The position numbers and the translations under genes are program-made. From Mytilus edulis (taxonomy: Eukaryota): 64,000 bases of DNA. Under the pieces are notes generated by a model. It saw only the letters and a program-made list of their open reading frames with translations. It did not search any database and was not told the origin of the DNA. How positions within the stretch are numbered: the stretch's first letter is position 1; every line of letters starts with the position of its first letter. The stretch is taken from positions 37,882,001-37,946,000 of the forward strand of contig NC_092354.1 in NCBI RefSeq assembly GCF_963676685.1, written 5' to 3'. Positions 36,391 through 50,241 of the stretch are shown here, piece by piece.

Positions 36391-37582
36391 TAAACCTTCA
36401 GAATAGTTAGTCCCAACTGTTAGAGTTCGAACTCTGTGGTCGTAACAAACTACACTCAAACACGCATTTTAATTTTTCTTGTGTATGTTAATGTCAACGC
36501 ATTATAAAAAGCACAAGGCATGGGTAGTTCTGATTTATTTTTCGCATTTGTTGGCATCAACTTGGGTTACTTTTCGCTTTAAATAATTAACGTTATATGT
36601 GACACTATAATCCCCGTACCACGCTTGAGTCATACTTATATTTTACTATAACTGGCAGGCCACCAAAATGATAGGCATAATACCGTATATGCATGGTTCT
36701 TTGTTAAAATAGATATAAGAATAAACGACGTAGCAATAAAAGAACTTACTTGATTACAGTATTAACTGAATTACAGGTGAATGCTTATCAGTTCATATTT
36801 CTAATATGGTTTCACCAGATGACGAAAGGCTCTTCCGTACTATTGACGAAGACAACGTTGATCAGATCAACTCACAGGAATTTAACTCACAGGAAAGATT
36901 GCTTTACCATACTGCTAGAAAATTTAACTTTCTTTGTGGAAGAAATTGACAAATATGATTCAACTCAACCTTAATTATTCCAGATTTAGATCTTAGGTGG
37001 TGATCATAGAATTTTTAACTCACAGAAAAGATTGCCTTTCAATACCGCTAGGAAATTTAACGAAGACGAATATCGTTTTAGACATTATAGCATTATCTAA
37101 TTTAAACTGTTTGATAACATCCCTATTGTAGATGCATTAATGCTTGGATTTGACAACTTCTGTCCTTCTGAAGCTATGCAGGAAGGAATTAAAAACATTT
37201 GTCAGGACCACAACAGTTCAATAGACAATTGTCCTGCCAAATTTCGATGTTATGGCACAAGAAATTGTGTCATTTATTTCATTTTAATAAAACTCCGCGA
37301 GACCTGCATAACAGATACAAAATCATTTTAACTTGAGCAAAAGTCAACAGAGGATGTGTTGATACAGCTAAGAACATTGTGTCAACGCTTTAATACAAGC
37401 GAGTTGAAATACTAGCCGAGTGGTATACTCAAATGCTATTTGAAGCAACTGAGCTCTTACACTGAAGAGGAAATTAAAGATTCAACACTTTAAAGACTGT
37501 AGTTGAGAAAAAAAGACTTGAGATTAATGAAAGGGGGAAACAAGTAAGCATCTTATACATTAGGCGTTGAGCAGGAAATGTA

Positions 37583-37930
37583 GATTGATTGATTGATTGT
37601 TAGTTGCTTAACGTCAAGTGTCAAACACTTCATGCTGCCTCAGGTCAAGAACAAGTTTACAATAAGTAGGTCTAGTAATTATAGAGGCCTTCGGGGATGA
37701 TTGTCGGGAATAATTTAATTGCCACCGAAAAATGAGGGTAACATGGACTCCTAAAAGAGTTGTTGGGATGGTTCTTAAAGTGCTGACAGCGTGGAAAACT
37801 TTTATCACGAGACATCGGATTTAATGCACCATTCGGACCGTACATGGTTCAAACTTGATACATCCCGCGTATCAAAACGACGCCCCATTTCAACAAGCGT
37901 TTTACTGCCGATAGGAAGAAGACCAAATAT
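37583..37930 (-). mobile_element. SINE family A, old diverged copy
   Basis: (GATT)n tail and colinear but heavily substituted body. Confidence 0.75.
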
Positions 37931-39551
37931 CATAAATGAAATATAAGTAACAATGCAATTTAGTTTATACTTCAATTCTTAAATTACAAAAGTAGATTGC
38001 ATGGTCATGAGTGTCAAGCACAGCTGTAGAAGTTTTATATTATCCACTGATATGACTGAACAGTGTTAAATTGATGCTATTTTTTGGAAAATTGAACATG
38101 TTGAAGATATTTAATGAACAGGTAGAACAGAGCCATATCTGAATGTTGAAGATATTTAATGAACAGGTAGAACAGAGCCATATCTGACACATCAAAAAGC
38201 CTAGTTATTTCAAAAATGAGAAAAATCTTAACATGATGCTGATGTAATAACATTTCAGATGTGAAATCGGAAAAATAAACACTACAGAATATAATGTTTT
38301 TTTTTCTTTCTTACTCATACAAAATTGAAGATAGCAATGACGAAGATGAGTCTGGGCTTAGCTCTTATGTGTCACTTGATTGTTAAAAGGTCAGCTGAAG
38401 GACGCACCGAGTACGGTTGCGGGACTTTCTATCTGCATTGAAGACCTATTGGTGACCTTCTGCTGTTGTCTGTTCTATGGTCGGTTGTTTTCTCTTTGAC
38501 ACATCCCTGTTTCCATTCTCAATTCTATTAATTGAGGTAAGTAGGAAAACAATTAAGACTTTAGAAAACTCTTCGCATATTCAGTTGATAAAGGGAAAAC
38601 AAAAAATATCGAGGGTCGCATATGTTATACATAATAAATTCTGAAACTATTCATAGAGTAGCCATTGGTTCCACTGAAGCTTTTAACATTGAGAAAACGC
38701 CATACCAAAATGAAATATTATTTAAACGAACTTTGAACACATGAAACCAATGAAAACCAGAACGAAAAATAACATCGGACTTGATAAAAAAGAAATTTTT
38801 CAGAGAGCATTTACTTAAATGTCACAATTAATGGTTGACTGGTGTCATGATTGTGATGAATTAATTTTCATTTTTGCAGTGAGGCATCCATTTTAATTAA
38901 GGAACTAAGGTTTGGTCTAGATATTGAGTAGGTTACATTCTTAACAAAGTAACTGCATATAACGATATGTGTATTTTTAATCAGTTAACCAGCCGAAGAC
39001 AAACATTCAAATGTATATAAAATTGAATACAACATATACAGAGTGATTCATGGAAAATTATATAGAATATCCATACGGACTAGAAATAAAATATTCTATA
39101 GGCAATTATATTAGTAGGTTTTTCAAATATTGGTTCATGAACATGATTATTTATCAGGAATGAATACAGAAAATTAAATAAAACATTATTTTCCTGTGGC
39201 ATACATGCCTTAAGTAATTTTGAAGATTTTTTTCATCCTCGTGAAATATGATTTTCTTGGGGTGCACAATCTTCGTATCTTTATCAGGCATAAGATAAGA
39301 GAAATAAATTTATATCGTAACATAAACAAATGACTTACCATTTTTTAAAGGAAGAGAAAAAGGAAATGGGGGAAAAGCTAAAGTTAAAAATCTAAATACA
39401 TGGTTAGATTCAGCATATTGAAGAACCCAATATATTCATTTTTTGTTGAAATCAAACAGTTTACTTAAGGACCCGATTTGGACCAACTTGGACCCACAAT
39501 AAAAAAAAACCTAAGTACATGTTTGGATTCAGCATATCAAAGAACTGAACT

Positions 39552-39600
39552 GAACGAAACGCGCGTCTGGCGTACTAAATTATAATCCTGGTACCTTTGA
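39552..39600 (+). repeat. 3' half of a hammerhead-containing repeat (second retrozyme family)
   Basis: ACGAAACGCGCGTCTGGCGTACTAAATTATAATCCTGGTACCTTTGA is homologous to 53888-53932. The CUGAUGA half is missing. Confidence 0.7.
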
Positions 39601-40028
39601 TTGATTGATTGATTGTTGGTTGCTTAACGTCCAGTGGCAAATATTTCATGCATATTCAGGTCGAGAACAAGTTCACAATAAATACAATAGGTAGGTTGAT
39701 ATAATAGAGGCCATCTGGGATGATGGTCGGGAAAATTTGGACTGCCACTGGAAAATAAGGGTATATTGGATAGGGACAGAATTTTGCCTTGCAACAGGCC
39801 ACCTACGGACCCCTCAAAGAGTTGTTGCAAGGGTTCTTAACGTGCAAAGAGCGTGGCACTCTCTTTACACAAGGCATCGGATTTAACGTCCCCCTTCTGA
39901 CCGGACGTGACTGCGAATTTGATACATCCCGCACAGCCAAACGGACGCCCCACTTCGGCAAGCGTTTTACTGCCGGTCGGGAGAAGACCAAGTGACCATA
40001 TTTCTATTCCCCAGTCACCCTTGGGGAT
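39601..40028 (-). mobile_element. SINE family A, full length
   Basis: 12-bp TSD TGGTACCTTTGA at 39589-39600 and 40029-40040. Confidence 0.92.
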
Positions 40029-40146
40029 TGGTACCTTTGATAACTATTAAGTAAATTATGTCGGAAAATTTCAGTGACAGAAAAAATATTCAAAAGTGGC
40101 GTTTAACGTCAATGTATATATAAAGGAATGTCAGGTACAAACTTTG

Positions 40147-40370
40147 TAAGGCAGCAAACATTTGAATTTCTAGGGGGGGAGGGCTATGTTTTGTTTTTTT
40201 GGGAAAAAAAGTTGCTTCCAGTTTTTGGAGAAAAAAATAATTTGTTTTTGATTCTGAGAAAAAAAATATGTTTGTTTCACCCTCAGCTGCCACTATATGT
40301 AATGCTAAAATTGAAAGAAAAAAATTGTTAACGACTTGTCAAGAAAAAAAAGCCATAGCCCCCCCTATGA
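40147..40370 (+). mobile_element. MITE, left-end copy (PIF/Harbinger-like termini); right-end copy at 43682-43925
   Basis: TAAGGCAGCAAACATTTGA at 40147 is the inverse of TCAAATGGTTGCTGCCTTA at ~43907-43925. The internal sequence (TTCCAGTTTTTGGAGAAAAAAATA..CACTATATGTAATGCTA) is shared. Confidence 0.55.
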
Positions 40371-43300
40371 TTGATAGTCAAACAGTCCAAAAAGATTCAA
40401 GACTATCCAGTGAGCTCAAACTTGCAAATCAAACAATAAAAGGTCTACAGGATGAGATTGAAATTTTGTCTACAAAATCTACCAGCGGCATCGCCCATGA
40501 AAAATCCATTCTAAGAGTGCAAACTCCAAAGCAAAAAGTAAAATCTACAAACCGGACAAGCTTTAACCATGGAATTTTTTGTCGTCATCGACTTTTTATT
40601 GAGCAAACGTCCATCACAGTTGATCATGTTGATAAAGAGCATATAAGCGAATTCAAGACATCACTTAGACAAAAACTAATGCTCCAATTACGCAGCAATA
40701 AAACAAGCATATCATTAGATAACGTTCTTAGTTTGGGAAGTTCTTAACTAAAGCCATTAAAAAAACACATTTGAAAGAAAATGTATCACACAAATCAGGG
40801 TGCTACCGTTTCTGATTTTGAGAAAAAGATTGTAGAGATCGCTTTTTAACAATAAAATCAACTATGAAATCAGCAAAATGACCAGCATAAAAATGTTTGA
40901 TCAAAGACAAATGCCATGCAAATACTGTGTTGAAAGGGCACAAGTGAACACTGTTTTACGTGACAATAGCAGTTTTGCGGAAGAATAAGTAGCAACCTAT
41001 CATACGCTGTTACACACAGACATCAGTAGTGGGCTACATTTACTATATTTTTAAGACATTAAATACCTAATTGGCTTAATATTAATTGCCGTAAAAGAGT
41101 ATAGAAGGTATGGAGATCAGAAGGATAATACTATTTATTCAATGGTGACAAATATCATCAACAAGAGACAATAAAATTATCCAATGATGAAAGTGTAGGC
41201 ACAATAAGATTGGATAAATATGTTGGTGTCAGTAGGTGTTTTGATTTATACATTAATTGAGATTATAAAAAAATTATATTTTCAATAATCTGGTTTAATC
41301 CAACAATCAAATACTAGTGTGGTGTCGTGGGTGCTGCAGCCTGTAGCTCAATGCCATATAATTTGGTTTCGTTGTTGGCGACTTGTTAATCGGAATCAAA
41401 ATTAAACCATTTTTTAGGACAACTCAAATCAAGAGATCATAAGATCAAAAAAAATCAGAAGCTTTCGGTAAGACAAAAGTAAAAGACCGAACAAAACTTA
41501 TTGATCTGAAGTGCTGCAACAGATTTATAACAATTCTACAGTTTCATTGTCTTGAATCTAGTGGTATATATCTCAGAATAAATTCATTCAGGATGACATT
41601 TATGAGGTTATTCACACCACAAACTTTATATAGGATGATCATAAGTCAAAAAGTAGATGTTTCATACGTGCTGCTTAGATGTATATAAATAGCATAGTTA
41701 ATTGATATAGAATTCAAGAATTAATTTCAGCAATTAACGAAACAAGAACACTCGTACTTTGTCCAGAGATCATATTATTAATTGTTAATGTGTCTAATTA
41801 GTACATTCTAAATTATTTTGATCAAAAAGAAAAGAAAAGAAGGTTCCAATTAAAAACATCATTTTCCTACCAGTAAAACCGAGTTCTCGTTGTTTATTCT
41901 TTTACAAAGGGTCGTTAGGCAGATCCCAACCTAGCACTACCGAGCTTTTCTCCAGAACATCAAAAAGGTATGCTGCAGCATTAGTGGTATTTAAGTTTCG
42001 TCACAACAGTAGTTAAGAGAAATATTTTCACTGCTGGTGTTAAAAACAAAATTTTACTATATTTATCATCAAAAAATAAAGTAGATTGTTTTGGTTGTGA
42101 CGTAATTTCTTTACCAAGGAACATGGATTCGTAAGTTGATATCTGCATAAAACGGGGTTTTTTTTTGGCAATAGGTTCTGATCCATCGTTGGAACCGGAC
42201 AAATTTGTGGATGATCGACTTCTGTGAGCAAAAACATCAAATTAAAATCTGTCAAACTGTATGGCAGTCCGAGTGAATCGTTTATCTATTCACTGTCTCT
42301 CTACGAACAGAACTGAGATATAATACAGAACTGTTTCCCAATTGTATTGCCAAGGAAAATATCTTTAAGACCAGAAATAATGTACACTAAGTTGCAATAA
42401 AAACAGGACCAGCAAGTTACAGTATAAAGTTTGAGAATTTTCAAAAGATGTGGAATGATGTCATTTATACCTAGCTTAGGAAAGAAAAGAACTACAAACA
42501 TTCCAGGTTCAAGATTAAAAAAAAACAGCTTTTAACACGGAGTTTTAAAGGTATTAAAACAAGAATTTGGATGAGAAAAAGTAGACAGAACCCTGAGAAA
42601 AAAGGCTCTGACTAGACTGAGGAATAGTCAAAAAAGGAAAGAGAATAGTAAAAGGCAGGGATCAAAAGTCTAAGCAAAATTCCCTGTACAAAGGTCTGAT
42701 TAGATTTACCTTTGTAACTTCTTCCGTTGTATGTCATTTGAATTTTTTTGTAATATATTCATCAATGACTTTCATGTTAACGACGATTCTGACATATTCT
42801 TATTTTAAAGATAACAATTGACCGTAGCCATTAGTTTTATCCAATGATTTATCCAATGATTATCCAAAGGGGGTCGTGTTGTTTATTCTTTAGTTTTCTA
42901 TTTTGTGTCATGTGTACTATTGTTTTTCTGTTTGTCTTTTTCATTTTTAGCCATGGCGTTGTCAGTTTGTTTTAGATTTATGAGTTTGACTGTCCCTTTG
43001 GTATCTTTCGTCCCTCTTTTACTCATCATTTCTGAAAAATTCTCAATCAAGACGAAGTATTCAATGATTCTCGATTAATAGGATAGCGGTGATAAGCCAA
43101 AGACAACAGTGGTGAAAATGATTTGAATGTAGAATGCAAACATATTATAGGCAAGAAGCATAACGATTATTTTATTGTCCTTGCAAAATGTGTTTGTCAA
43201 AGTTAATGATGGCCAACACCGATTCCAACACCTCTATGAGGACAGACATCACCTCTTCATTTCAAATTGTTAATAGATGAACCTAACAAAATCGATCCGA

Positions 43301-43922
43301 GTACAAAGAAACCCAACTTATACATTGGATCTCTCTGAGAAAACCAATGCTCAAGAAAAGCCAACTGGAATTCCCAAAATTGTAAGCCAATTTGTTCATA
43401 AAATAACTTTTGATGAGAAATGAAAAGCTTTCAAGAGACAAGTTATTCGTTTCGTATTGAAGACGAATAAGTGCCGACTACAGGTACATCTTTAAAATAA
43501 AATCTGCCAAAAGATGTGTTTATGTATGATAGATATCAAATTGAACGTAACGAATTTAAACAGTTTTAACCTTCAATTCCTCCAATACTGAAGTCAGACG
43601 TTGAAGAATCATTATCAAAGATACATTAAACTCATTTCAACGGAGAATGTAATCTTACTAGAACAGAAATACAATCGTATCGGGCTATGGATTTTTTTGG
43701 AAAAAAGTTTGTTTCCAGTTTTTGGAGAAAAAAATAGTTTGTTTTTGATTCTGCTTGTTTCATCATCATCTGTCACTATATGTAATGCTACAATTGAAAG
43801 AAAAAAAATGTTGTGATTTGTTGCGAAAAAATAGTGGGGTTTTTTTTGCCCGCAGGCGAAAAAAGAAATTTATCCACAAAAATCCATAGACTCCCCCTCC
43901 CGAAAATCAAATGGTTGCTGCC

Positions 43923-45430
43923 TTAGAAAGGGCGGTGTTAATCTGTTTTCTTTTTAAAATTTTCTTCAGATTAATATCTTAGAATCTATGGGTTCCGAGT
44001 CGCGATGATTGCCACAAAATAAATGAGAACCCCCACTTGAGTGGTACAAATTTCGAGAACTCTATGGAAAATGGTTCTAACAGAAAATAACTTTGATGTT
44101 CATCTGCATTTCATCAAACGTACTTGCGGAAACATTACGAGATGTTGTAATAATGGTGATTAAATTAAATTCACTTCAAATGTTAACAGAATACTACATT
44201 CAGAAGATCAAACAAAGAAATACGTCCATATAAGGAGATTCGGTGACGAACATAATCTTTTTCTTTGATAGCTTTCATTTAAAAATCGTTTCCGACTAAT
44301 TCTTTCTTTTGCATTAAAATAATTGGCTATTGACTGCAGTTGAATTTGATCGTGAACATCTTGAATCCCATGTTTCAATTTCTACTCTCATTTCAATCCG
44401 CAAACAAATAACTTTTTATCAAAAAATATTTTTGATGTGATCTGTATAGAAGCAATTCAGTCACTATGATATATTTTTTTTATTTAATGTGTATCACATA
44501 CATTTCTCGCAGGGAACTGCTATGTAAATTCTGATTCCTTTGCTGAAATAATATCTAAGCATAACTATGCTTAGAAAGGACAGTGTAAACTTTTATCTTG
44601 TACAAAAAATTTCTTCAGATTAATATCTAAGGATCTATGGGTTCTGAGTCGCGATGATTGCCACGAGAGAAATTAAGAATCCCCACTTTTGTGGTACAAA
44701 TTTCGAGAACTCTATATCCAATGATTCTGGCACAAATGCCATGGCAAGGCTGTTAAAGATAAATTTGCTCCGTTATGAGAAATTGAAGAAAAGCATTAGC
44801 GTTATGAATTCGTATACACTGTACAACCTCAACTGCTCCATAATATCAGGAAATCAGTGTTTGTTATGTTCGGAAATTTATCTTAAAAATAAGTGTTCTG
44901 CTTGAAGAAAATGCTAACAGAAAATAACTTTGATGTTCATATGCATTTCATCAATCGTACTTGCGAAAACATTACGAGATGTTGTAACACTGGTGATTGA
45001 ATTAAATTCACTTCAAATGTAAACAGAATACTTCATTCAGAAAAGTCGAGCAAGATCAAACAAAGAAATACAACAACTATCAAAGCGAATGTCCATATAA
45101 GGAGATTCGGTGACGAACATAACTATTTATTTGATTGCTTTCATTTAAAATTCGTTTCCGACTAATTCTTCTTTTTTGCATTATAATAATTGGCTTTTGT
45201 CTGTAGTTGAATTTGATCGTGAACATCTTGAATCCCATGCTTCATACATTTGTACTCTCATTTCAACCCGTAAACAAAGAACTTTTTATCATAAAATATT
45301 TTTGATGTGATCTGTATAGTAGCAATTCAGACACTATGTCATATTTTTGTTATTTAATGTATATCACATACATTTCTCGCAGGAACTACCATTTAACTTC
45401 TGATCCCTTTAATGAAATACAATAATCTAG
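43923..45430. repeat. Diverged local tandem duplication (~650 bp and ~860 bp)
   Basis: 43923-44560 is colinear with 44571-45430. The second copy has an extra ~190 bp at ~44715-44905. Confidence 0.85.
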
Positions 45431-46769
45431 TGAAACATATGACGACAAATCACGATTTCAATTTCCTTTACCATATTTATCAATTCTTGATATTTTCAAC
45501 TCAATAGCATATACTTACAACTCAGAGGTATCAGAACAGGTTTTCTGCTTTTTTTAAGCTGGCTCATCGTGCTCATTATGGTGTTCATCATATATGTCGT
45601 ATATCTTATATCTTGTTCTTTTCTGAGGGGATTGGATGTTGTTTCTCTACTTTCAATGGCTGATGAAAACCAGAAATTAATGGGGTTTCGATACAAACAA
45701 TAGTTTAAAATTACTGGAAGCCTTTCTGGTTTTAAAGCAAGTAATCAGATTAAATACTCTGTTGTTAATTTCCAGAAATTTAGTGGGCTGCTACATTTTT
45801 AGAACTCCTTGAAATCTATCTATTAATAGTCGTTTCACCGTTTGTATTGTTTGGTTTATTATTACCTTCCATCAAAGGTCATCACAATTTAAGTTTTAAT
45901 AGGTCATTCGTATTTAGACTGGTCAAAATATAACTGTAAAATTACAAAACAAAATAATACATATCCAGTGTGAAGTTCTTAAAATGATACATATCCAGTG
46001 TGGAATTCTTAAATTGCTAACATGAGTACATTAATCATGTGTACATTGTTAATTATCATTTCAAACCATCCAACAGCATTTGCATATATGTTAATGTAAA
46101 GCATTCATTTCATGTAACATTGAAATGGTAAATGTTTAAAAGAAAAATCATACTTTGTTAGCTTTTTGTTGTTTTGAACATTGTAGAAGTACCTCTTTCA
46201 TACATTACCGGTTCCCATTCTTATTCTATTTATATTGATCACCTAAAATGTGGATAATTACTATTTACACATTTACATCTGCTGGTGTAAAATTTATCTG
46301 CATTTGCTCAAGCATTTCCTTTTGCTCTCTTGCCAAATTTCTGCCGCTGTCGATTCCAGAGTTGAAAGTATCCTTCTCCGGTATCAGCAGAATGACTTCC
46401 TGATCTGGTGTAACCTCAGGCATTGAAGGCAGCTTCCTGCTATAACTGTATGGTGGTACATCTGTGATTGGGAGGCCTTCAGAGAAACGTTTCACCATAG
46501 CCACATGCGTTGATAACTATACTCACCTTCCTCCTAATTAGGAGGAGGGTGTCAACTGGCTCATATATAAGTTCCTTTTGTAATTGAGTGGCAAATTTTT
46601 GAATTTTTTTTACTATTCGACTTTTTGATTTTTGAAGTGCATTTATTTTAGAATTTCGTTCCTGGCGCTTATTGATATATGTTCTCCTCTCGTCTGAATT
46701 TCACTTCTCCCCTTTATTCTCATTAGCTAAAACAACGCAAATATAAACAATTGAAATGACAAACGTATA

Positions 46770-47240
46770 CGTTAGTGGCTTTAAACTAGCTGTCAGATAA
46801 CTGCGAGTGCTCTCAGATCTGTTCATTGTGTCGTTGTGTGTCGGGATGTATAAGTACCCGGCCACGTCCACTTGTATTTTTGGTCAACTGATTTGTATAG
46901 TCAGCTCTTATATTGTATTGTTATACCACTGTTCCAGGTTAGGGGAGGAGTGGGAGCCCGCTAACATGTTTAACCCCGCCGTATTATTTATGTATGTGCC
47001 CGTCCCAAGTCAGCGGTTGTCGTGTGTTCACGTGTTACATATTTGTTTTTCGCTCATTTTTTTACATAAATAAGGCCGTTAGTTTTTTCTCGTTTGAATT
47101 GTTTTACATGGTCTTATCGGGGCCTTTTATAGCTGACTATGCGGTATGGGCTCTGCTCTATGTAAGGCCGTACAGTTACCTTTAGTTGTTAATATTTGTC
47201 ATTTTTTGTCTTTTGTGGTTAGTTCTCTCTTTGGCAATCA
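46770..47240 (-). repeat. Longer copy of dispersed repeat family B
   Basis: The right-hand part is the reverse complement of 30708-30955. Confidence 0.7.
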
Positions 47241-47272
47241 TACCACATCTTCTTTTTTTATACTGTATGCTG

Positions 47273-47451
47273 GATTGTTGGTTGCCTAACGGCCAATGGC
47301 AAATAGTTCATGCATATTCAGGACGAGAACAATAAATACAATAGGAAGGTTGATACGATAGAGGCCGGTGATGGTCGGGGAAAGTTGCACTGCCACTGGA
47401 AAATGAGTGTATCATGTATAGGAACAGAAACAGGCCACCTACGAACCCTCA
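47273..47451 (-). mobile_element. SINE family A, degenerate 3' fragment
   Basis: GATTGTTGGTTGCCTAACG..CATGCATATTCAGGACGAGAAC..ACAGGCCACCTACG. Confidence 0.75.
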
Positions 47452-47512
47452 TACTGTAAAATCTAGGAATGAAGTTTAAGGACTTGCAATTATTTAAAAA
47501 CAAAACAAACCT

Positions 47513-47740
47513 CTTTTTACCTAACCTGGCCCACAGGGCAATGTGAGTTTTTCTCATCACTTGGCGTCCGTCGTCCGTAAACTTTTACAAAAATCTTCTC
47601 CTCTGAGCCAAATTTAACCAAACTTAGCCACAATCATCATTGGGGTATCTAGTTTGAAAATTGTGTCCGGTGACCCGGCATACCAACCAAGATGGCCGCC
47701 ACAGCTAAAAATAGAACATAGGGGTAAAATGCTGTTTTAC
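47513..47740 (+). mobile_element. Helentron-associated (HINE) element start
   Basis: T run followed by ACCTGGCCC..GGGC..GTGAG..TCTCATCACTTGGCGTCCGTCGTC, then the monomer seen at 12355-12745. Confidence 0.65.
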
Positions 47741-48269
47741 CATTCAAGGCTCCACAGTGTTCACATTTTATATAGTTTTCATACTTTTTAATCTGATCAT
47801 CAATAAAATGTGTGGAACCATAAATCTCAGTCTGGTCGTAGATCAGGGCTGAAACATCCGATGGTTGTTCTGTCTCATTTGTGGAACTATTTATTTACCT
47901 TAGTCTGGTCGTAGTTCAGGGCTAAAACCTCAGAAGGTTGTTCTGTCTCATTTGTTGTACTGTGTATGAGTAATAAGAAACGTATATAAATATTCCACTT
48001 TTAATGACAATATCAGCATATGCATTCACATAAAGTAAAGTTGTCGTTGATTTGATCGGTACCACAAATCCTTGTGGTCATAAAACAATTGAACAAGTAA
48101 GACATAGTCAATAAAGCCACGAAATAAGGTTTCAATGTTGAATTTCTCCTTTATTACTGCACATACAGCAATAAAACTTTGTAAATATATACTTTATGTC
48201 ATAATGAACATATTAAAAACATAAGTAAAAAATCGCGAATTTTCCCTTTAAATGCATTTCATCAACGAG

Positions 48270-48520
48270 TTTGCAGTAATAATTATTCATTCCCTCGTTA
48301 AAATGTCCAACAGCAAGTTCAACTCCTAATTGTATTTCAGAAGAACTGCGATACTCCCCTTTTGAAAGGTAACTCTACATCACATGATGTAATGACTCAT
48401 TCTGGTTTTGAGTCAAACATTTTTCTGCTCCTTTAAGTAATTGCAGAGATGACAGACTTTCAAAGACTGGTTTGAGCATTTCAATAAGTACTGCACTTTA
48501 AGGGATTTTTCAGGAGTCGT
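48270..48520 (-). pseudogene. Kolobok transposase C-terminal catalytic fragment
   Basis: EMLKPVFESLSSLQLLK../LTQNQNESLHHVM*SYLSKGEYRSSSEIQLGVELAVGHFNEG matches the Kolobok TQNxNES..AVxxFNxG motif. Confidence 0.75.
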
Positions 48521-48609
48521 TAACTGCTTGTTCTTAACACTTGCTCAGTCTGCCATTTGCACCTTGATAACTCACCCCTGGGTTGTTCTTCCTTTGTGCT
48601 TTGTTGAGT

Positions 48610-48760
48610 CGTTCACTATATTCAGTGCACACTGTAGATTTATAGGGTCGAAACCAATCATAGCAATGTCATCAGCAAGGTAGGTGTTGTTCCAATTTTT
48701 GCCCCAGCATCATGTAGTTGTAAGGTTTGAAGAAGTTGATTGTTGTATCTTTTATACAGG
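48610..48760 (-). pseudogene. Non-LTR retrotransposon RT fragment
   Basis: YNNQLLQTLQLHDAGAKIGTTPTLADDIAMIGFDPINLQCALNIV, resembling the xADD motif C region. Confidence 0.55.
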
Positions 48761-49438
48761 GATGTTTCTTATTTCGCGGACAGGGTCATCGGATACATTT
48801 GTTAAACTAGATACCCTAATGATGACTGTGGTTTGGTTAAATTTGCTTTAGTAATTCCAGGAGAACATTTTAGTAAGATTATAAAACTTTACCAAAAAAT
48901 GATAAAAATTGACTATAAAGTGCAATCAGATGCCCCACATGGCACAGCTTTATACGACCACAGAGGTCGAAACCTGAACAGTTGTGGCAAGTATGGACAC
49001 AACATTCAAGCTTGACACAGCTTTGAATTTGGATTGTGATTAAATAGTTGACACAACATAGGTTTCTGACACAGAATGAACGTGGTATAAGAACTTATTT
49101 TTTTTAAATGGAACATTTACCTATTATGGTCCAATATCCATAATTTAAATACATGGATAGATTCAGCATATATTAACTTTAATCCAAACAAGATTATTTA
49201 GTACATGTGCGTCAATTTGCATTGAGCACAAACTAAAGACATGCATATTTTAACATGTCGATAGGAGGCATACTTTACCGACAATCTTCAACTACATTCA
49301 ATTTAATTGTTGCTACTTAGTTTTCATTTACTGTTTCATAACACAAAATGTCGTTTAAAACGTAAATATATTTATATTATTAATTATTAATCCCAAGAAA
49401 ACGTCATCATATTATGTCGTCTCTGTCTACGGAAATTA

Positions 49439-49853
49439 CCACCAAGGGTGACTGGGGTATAGAAATATGGTCACTTGGTCTTCTCCCGACCGGCAGTAAA
49501 ACGCTTGCCGAAGTGGGGCGTCCGTTTGGCTGTGCGGGATGTATCAAGTTCGCAGTCCCGTCCGGTCAGAAGGGGGACGTTAAATCCGATGCCTCGTGTA
49601 AAGAGAGCGCCACGCTCTTTGCACGTTAAGAACCCTTGCAACAACTCTTTTGAGGGGTCCGTAGGTGGCCTGCTGCAAGGCAAAATCTTTGTCCCTTTCC
49701 AACATATCCTCCTTTTCCGGTGGCAGTCCAAATTTCTCCGACCATCATCCCAGTTAGGTCATCCTATTGTATTTATTGTGAACTTGTTCTCGTCCTGAAT
49801 ATGCATGAAATATTTGCCACTGGACGTTAAGCAACCAACAATCAATCAATCAA
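49439..49853 (+). mobile_element. SINE family A, full length
   Basis: 13-bp TSD TCTACGGAAATTA at 49426-49438 and 49854-49866. Confidence 0.92.
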
Positions 49854-50039
49854 TCTACGGAAATTAGGGAGAATATGCTTCCTACTCAGGCTTTTTGCGG
49901 GATTTTCATAAACTCAAAACGGAAGAAGTGCTAAACATCATCTCTCAACTGGTAGACAACATGCATTATAATGTGGTGTTCGTCTTGGGGAAAGACTATT
50001 TCCCTTGAAAGGACCCGACCTGGACTTTATATATTAGAT

Positions 50040-50241
50040 TAATCAATTAATTATTGGTTGCTTAACGTCCAGTGGCAAATATTTCATGCATATTCAGGAC
50101 GAGAACAAGTTCACAATAAATACAATAGGTAGGTTGATACAATAGAGGCCATCTGGGATGATGGTCGGTGCAATTTGGACTGCCACCGAAAAAGGAGGGT
50201 ATATTGGATAGGGACAGAAATTTTGCCTTACAACAGGCCAC
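50040..50241 (-). mobile_element. SINE family A, 5'-truncated
   Basis: The 3' ~200 bp matches the full copies. Confidence 0.85.

Noticed and set aside
38099-38187. Short perfect tandem duplications (also ~2748-2813 and ~19115-19152)
   Set aside because: Ordinary local slippage or repair duplications with no further structure.
40268-40900. 159-aa ORF as a host gene or LINE ORF1 esterase
   Set aside because: Starts within a MITE. Only weak coiled-coil and LGSS..GAT hints with stops, too little to call.
46265-46504. 79-aa ORF possibly from a YqaJ-type exonuclease gene
   Set aside because: No catalytic motif is present; the resemblance is too vague.
46920-46990. HDV-like ribozyme near GGGAGCCCGCTAACATG
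   Set aside because: Consistent P1 and P2 pairings could not be built by eye.
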